A program made the position numbers and the translations under genes. From positions 2,470 through 66,469 of the forward strand of contig CANRIU010000006.1 in the NCBI GenBank assembly GCA_947630755.1: a stretch of 64,000 bases of DNA. Direction: 5' to 3'. The notes under the pieces were generated by a model, which saw nothing but the letters and a program-made list of their open reading frames with translations, ran no database searches and was not told where the DNA came from. How positions within the stretch are numbered: position 1 is the first letter of the stretch; each line of letters begins with the position of its first letter. Shown piece by piece: positions 63,333-64,000 of the stretch. This DNA is from an uncultured Oscillospiraceae bacterium (GTDB lineage Bacteria; Bacillota; Clostridia; Oscillospirales; Oscillospiraceae).

Positions 63333-64000
63333 TCACATGAGAGACGCCTTCTCCAGGTCCTCCCTCATCACAAGCGTCAGGTCCCGCTCGTTTATATCCC
63401 CGTCCGCCGCTATGCGGTCGGCGTGGACTGATACAACGTTCTCAAATATATTGCGCACGTCTCTCGCGTTGCCGAAATTCTCCCCCCGGGCAGCGTACAA
63501 TGCGTTGAACATCTCCCTGGCGTACTCCTGTGCCTCCACCGTCAGGGTGTATTTGTTTTTGTCGCACATGGAGAGGAATATTTTGTAAAGCTCCTCGCCG
63601 CTGTAATCCTCAAACACGAAGTACCTGTTGAATCTCGACTCAAGCCCGGGGTTGGAGCTTATGAACTGCTCCATAAGGTCCTCATACCCCGCGACGATTA
63701 CCACAAGGTCGTTTCTGTTGTCCTCCATGGCCTTGAGTATAGTCTCGATAGCCTCCCGCCCGAAGTCGTTCTCCCCGGTGTTCGCGGCGAGAGAGTATGC
63801 CTCGTCGATAAACAGCACGCCGCCGAGAGCGTTTTTCACGGCCTCGCCAGTTTTTATTGCCGTCTGTCCCACGAACCCGGCAACGAGGCCGGAGCGGTCC
63901 ACCTCCACCAGCTGCCCCTTGGAGAGCACACCTATGGCGTAGTAAAGCTGGGATATGAGCCTCGCCACCGTGGTCTTACCGGTGCCGGGGTTGCCCATGA
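63333..64000 (-). CDS. SpoVK/CbbX-type AAA+ ATPase, C-terminal part (gene continues past the right edge)
   Basis: GNPGTGKTTVARL (Walker A at the window edge), VLFIDEAYSL (Walker B), VIVAGY, ESRFNRY. The track start at 63998 is an artefact of the window edge. Confidence 0.85.
   Translation of the reverse strand, partial: MGNPGTGKTTVARLISQLYYAIGVLSKGQLVEVDRSGLVAGFVGQTAIKTGEAVKNALGGVLFIDEAYSLAANTGENDFGREAIETILKAMEDNRNDLVVIVAGYEDLMEQFISSNPGLESRFNRYFVFEDYSGEELYKIFLSMCDKNKYTLTVEAQEYAREMFNALYAARGENFGNARDVRNIFENVVSVHADRIAADGDINERDLTLVMREDLEKASLM

Overview
This is a 64-kb chromosomal window from a high-G+C Firmicute, probably class Clostridia. That placement is inferred only from gene content: an SLH-anchored surface protein, a SpoVK-type AAA ATPase, YqeG/YmdB, ecfA1-ecfA2-ecfT-truA synteny, an MBOAT + DHHW/AlgJ-like pair, and a CD1247-like acidic protein. 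About 60 protein genes are densely packed and mostly housekeeping. They include GH13 + malQ, pepP-efp plus a Uup/YfmR-type ABC-F, the ECF module + truA, metF with a split cobalamin methionine synthase, alaX, a cysteine desulfurase, mtaB, serC-serA, dagK-like + ymdB, rlmD, and a ClpE-type AAA+ chaperone. I found no rRNA, canonical tRNA, CRISPR array, integrase or transposase. Most long track ORFs lying opposite these genes are GC-driven shadow ORFs (rich in R/G/P/A, with no recognisable motifs). All family names come from reading the translations and from memory, because no searches were possible. The most interesting observations are: (1) an unassigned ~280-nt highly structured element with 21-bp terminal inverted repeats that resemble a tRNA/tmRNA T-arm, followed by its own terminator, in the rlmD-clpE spacer. 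(2) A 600-bp non-coding tract on the other side of rlmD with two copies of a 33-nt palindrome and an A+T-rich tail. (3) A ClpE-type gene with an in-frame gap that removes the Walker B segment of the second AAA+ module. (4) efp, an extremely acidic His7 zinc-ribbon ORF, a hairpin/terminator and an ABC-F gene, an arrangement that looks like an attenuator. (5) An XRE-TPR regulator fused by overlap to an ABC exporter, divergent from a translationally coupled membrane-protein/CPBP-protease/unknown operon. (6) An MBOAT/AlgJ-like O-acylation pair embedded among two pairs of paralogous lipoproteins. (7) A low-G+C mosaic segment covering the 5' third of the SLH protein gene and a small orphan ORF.
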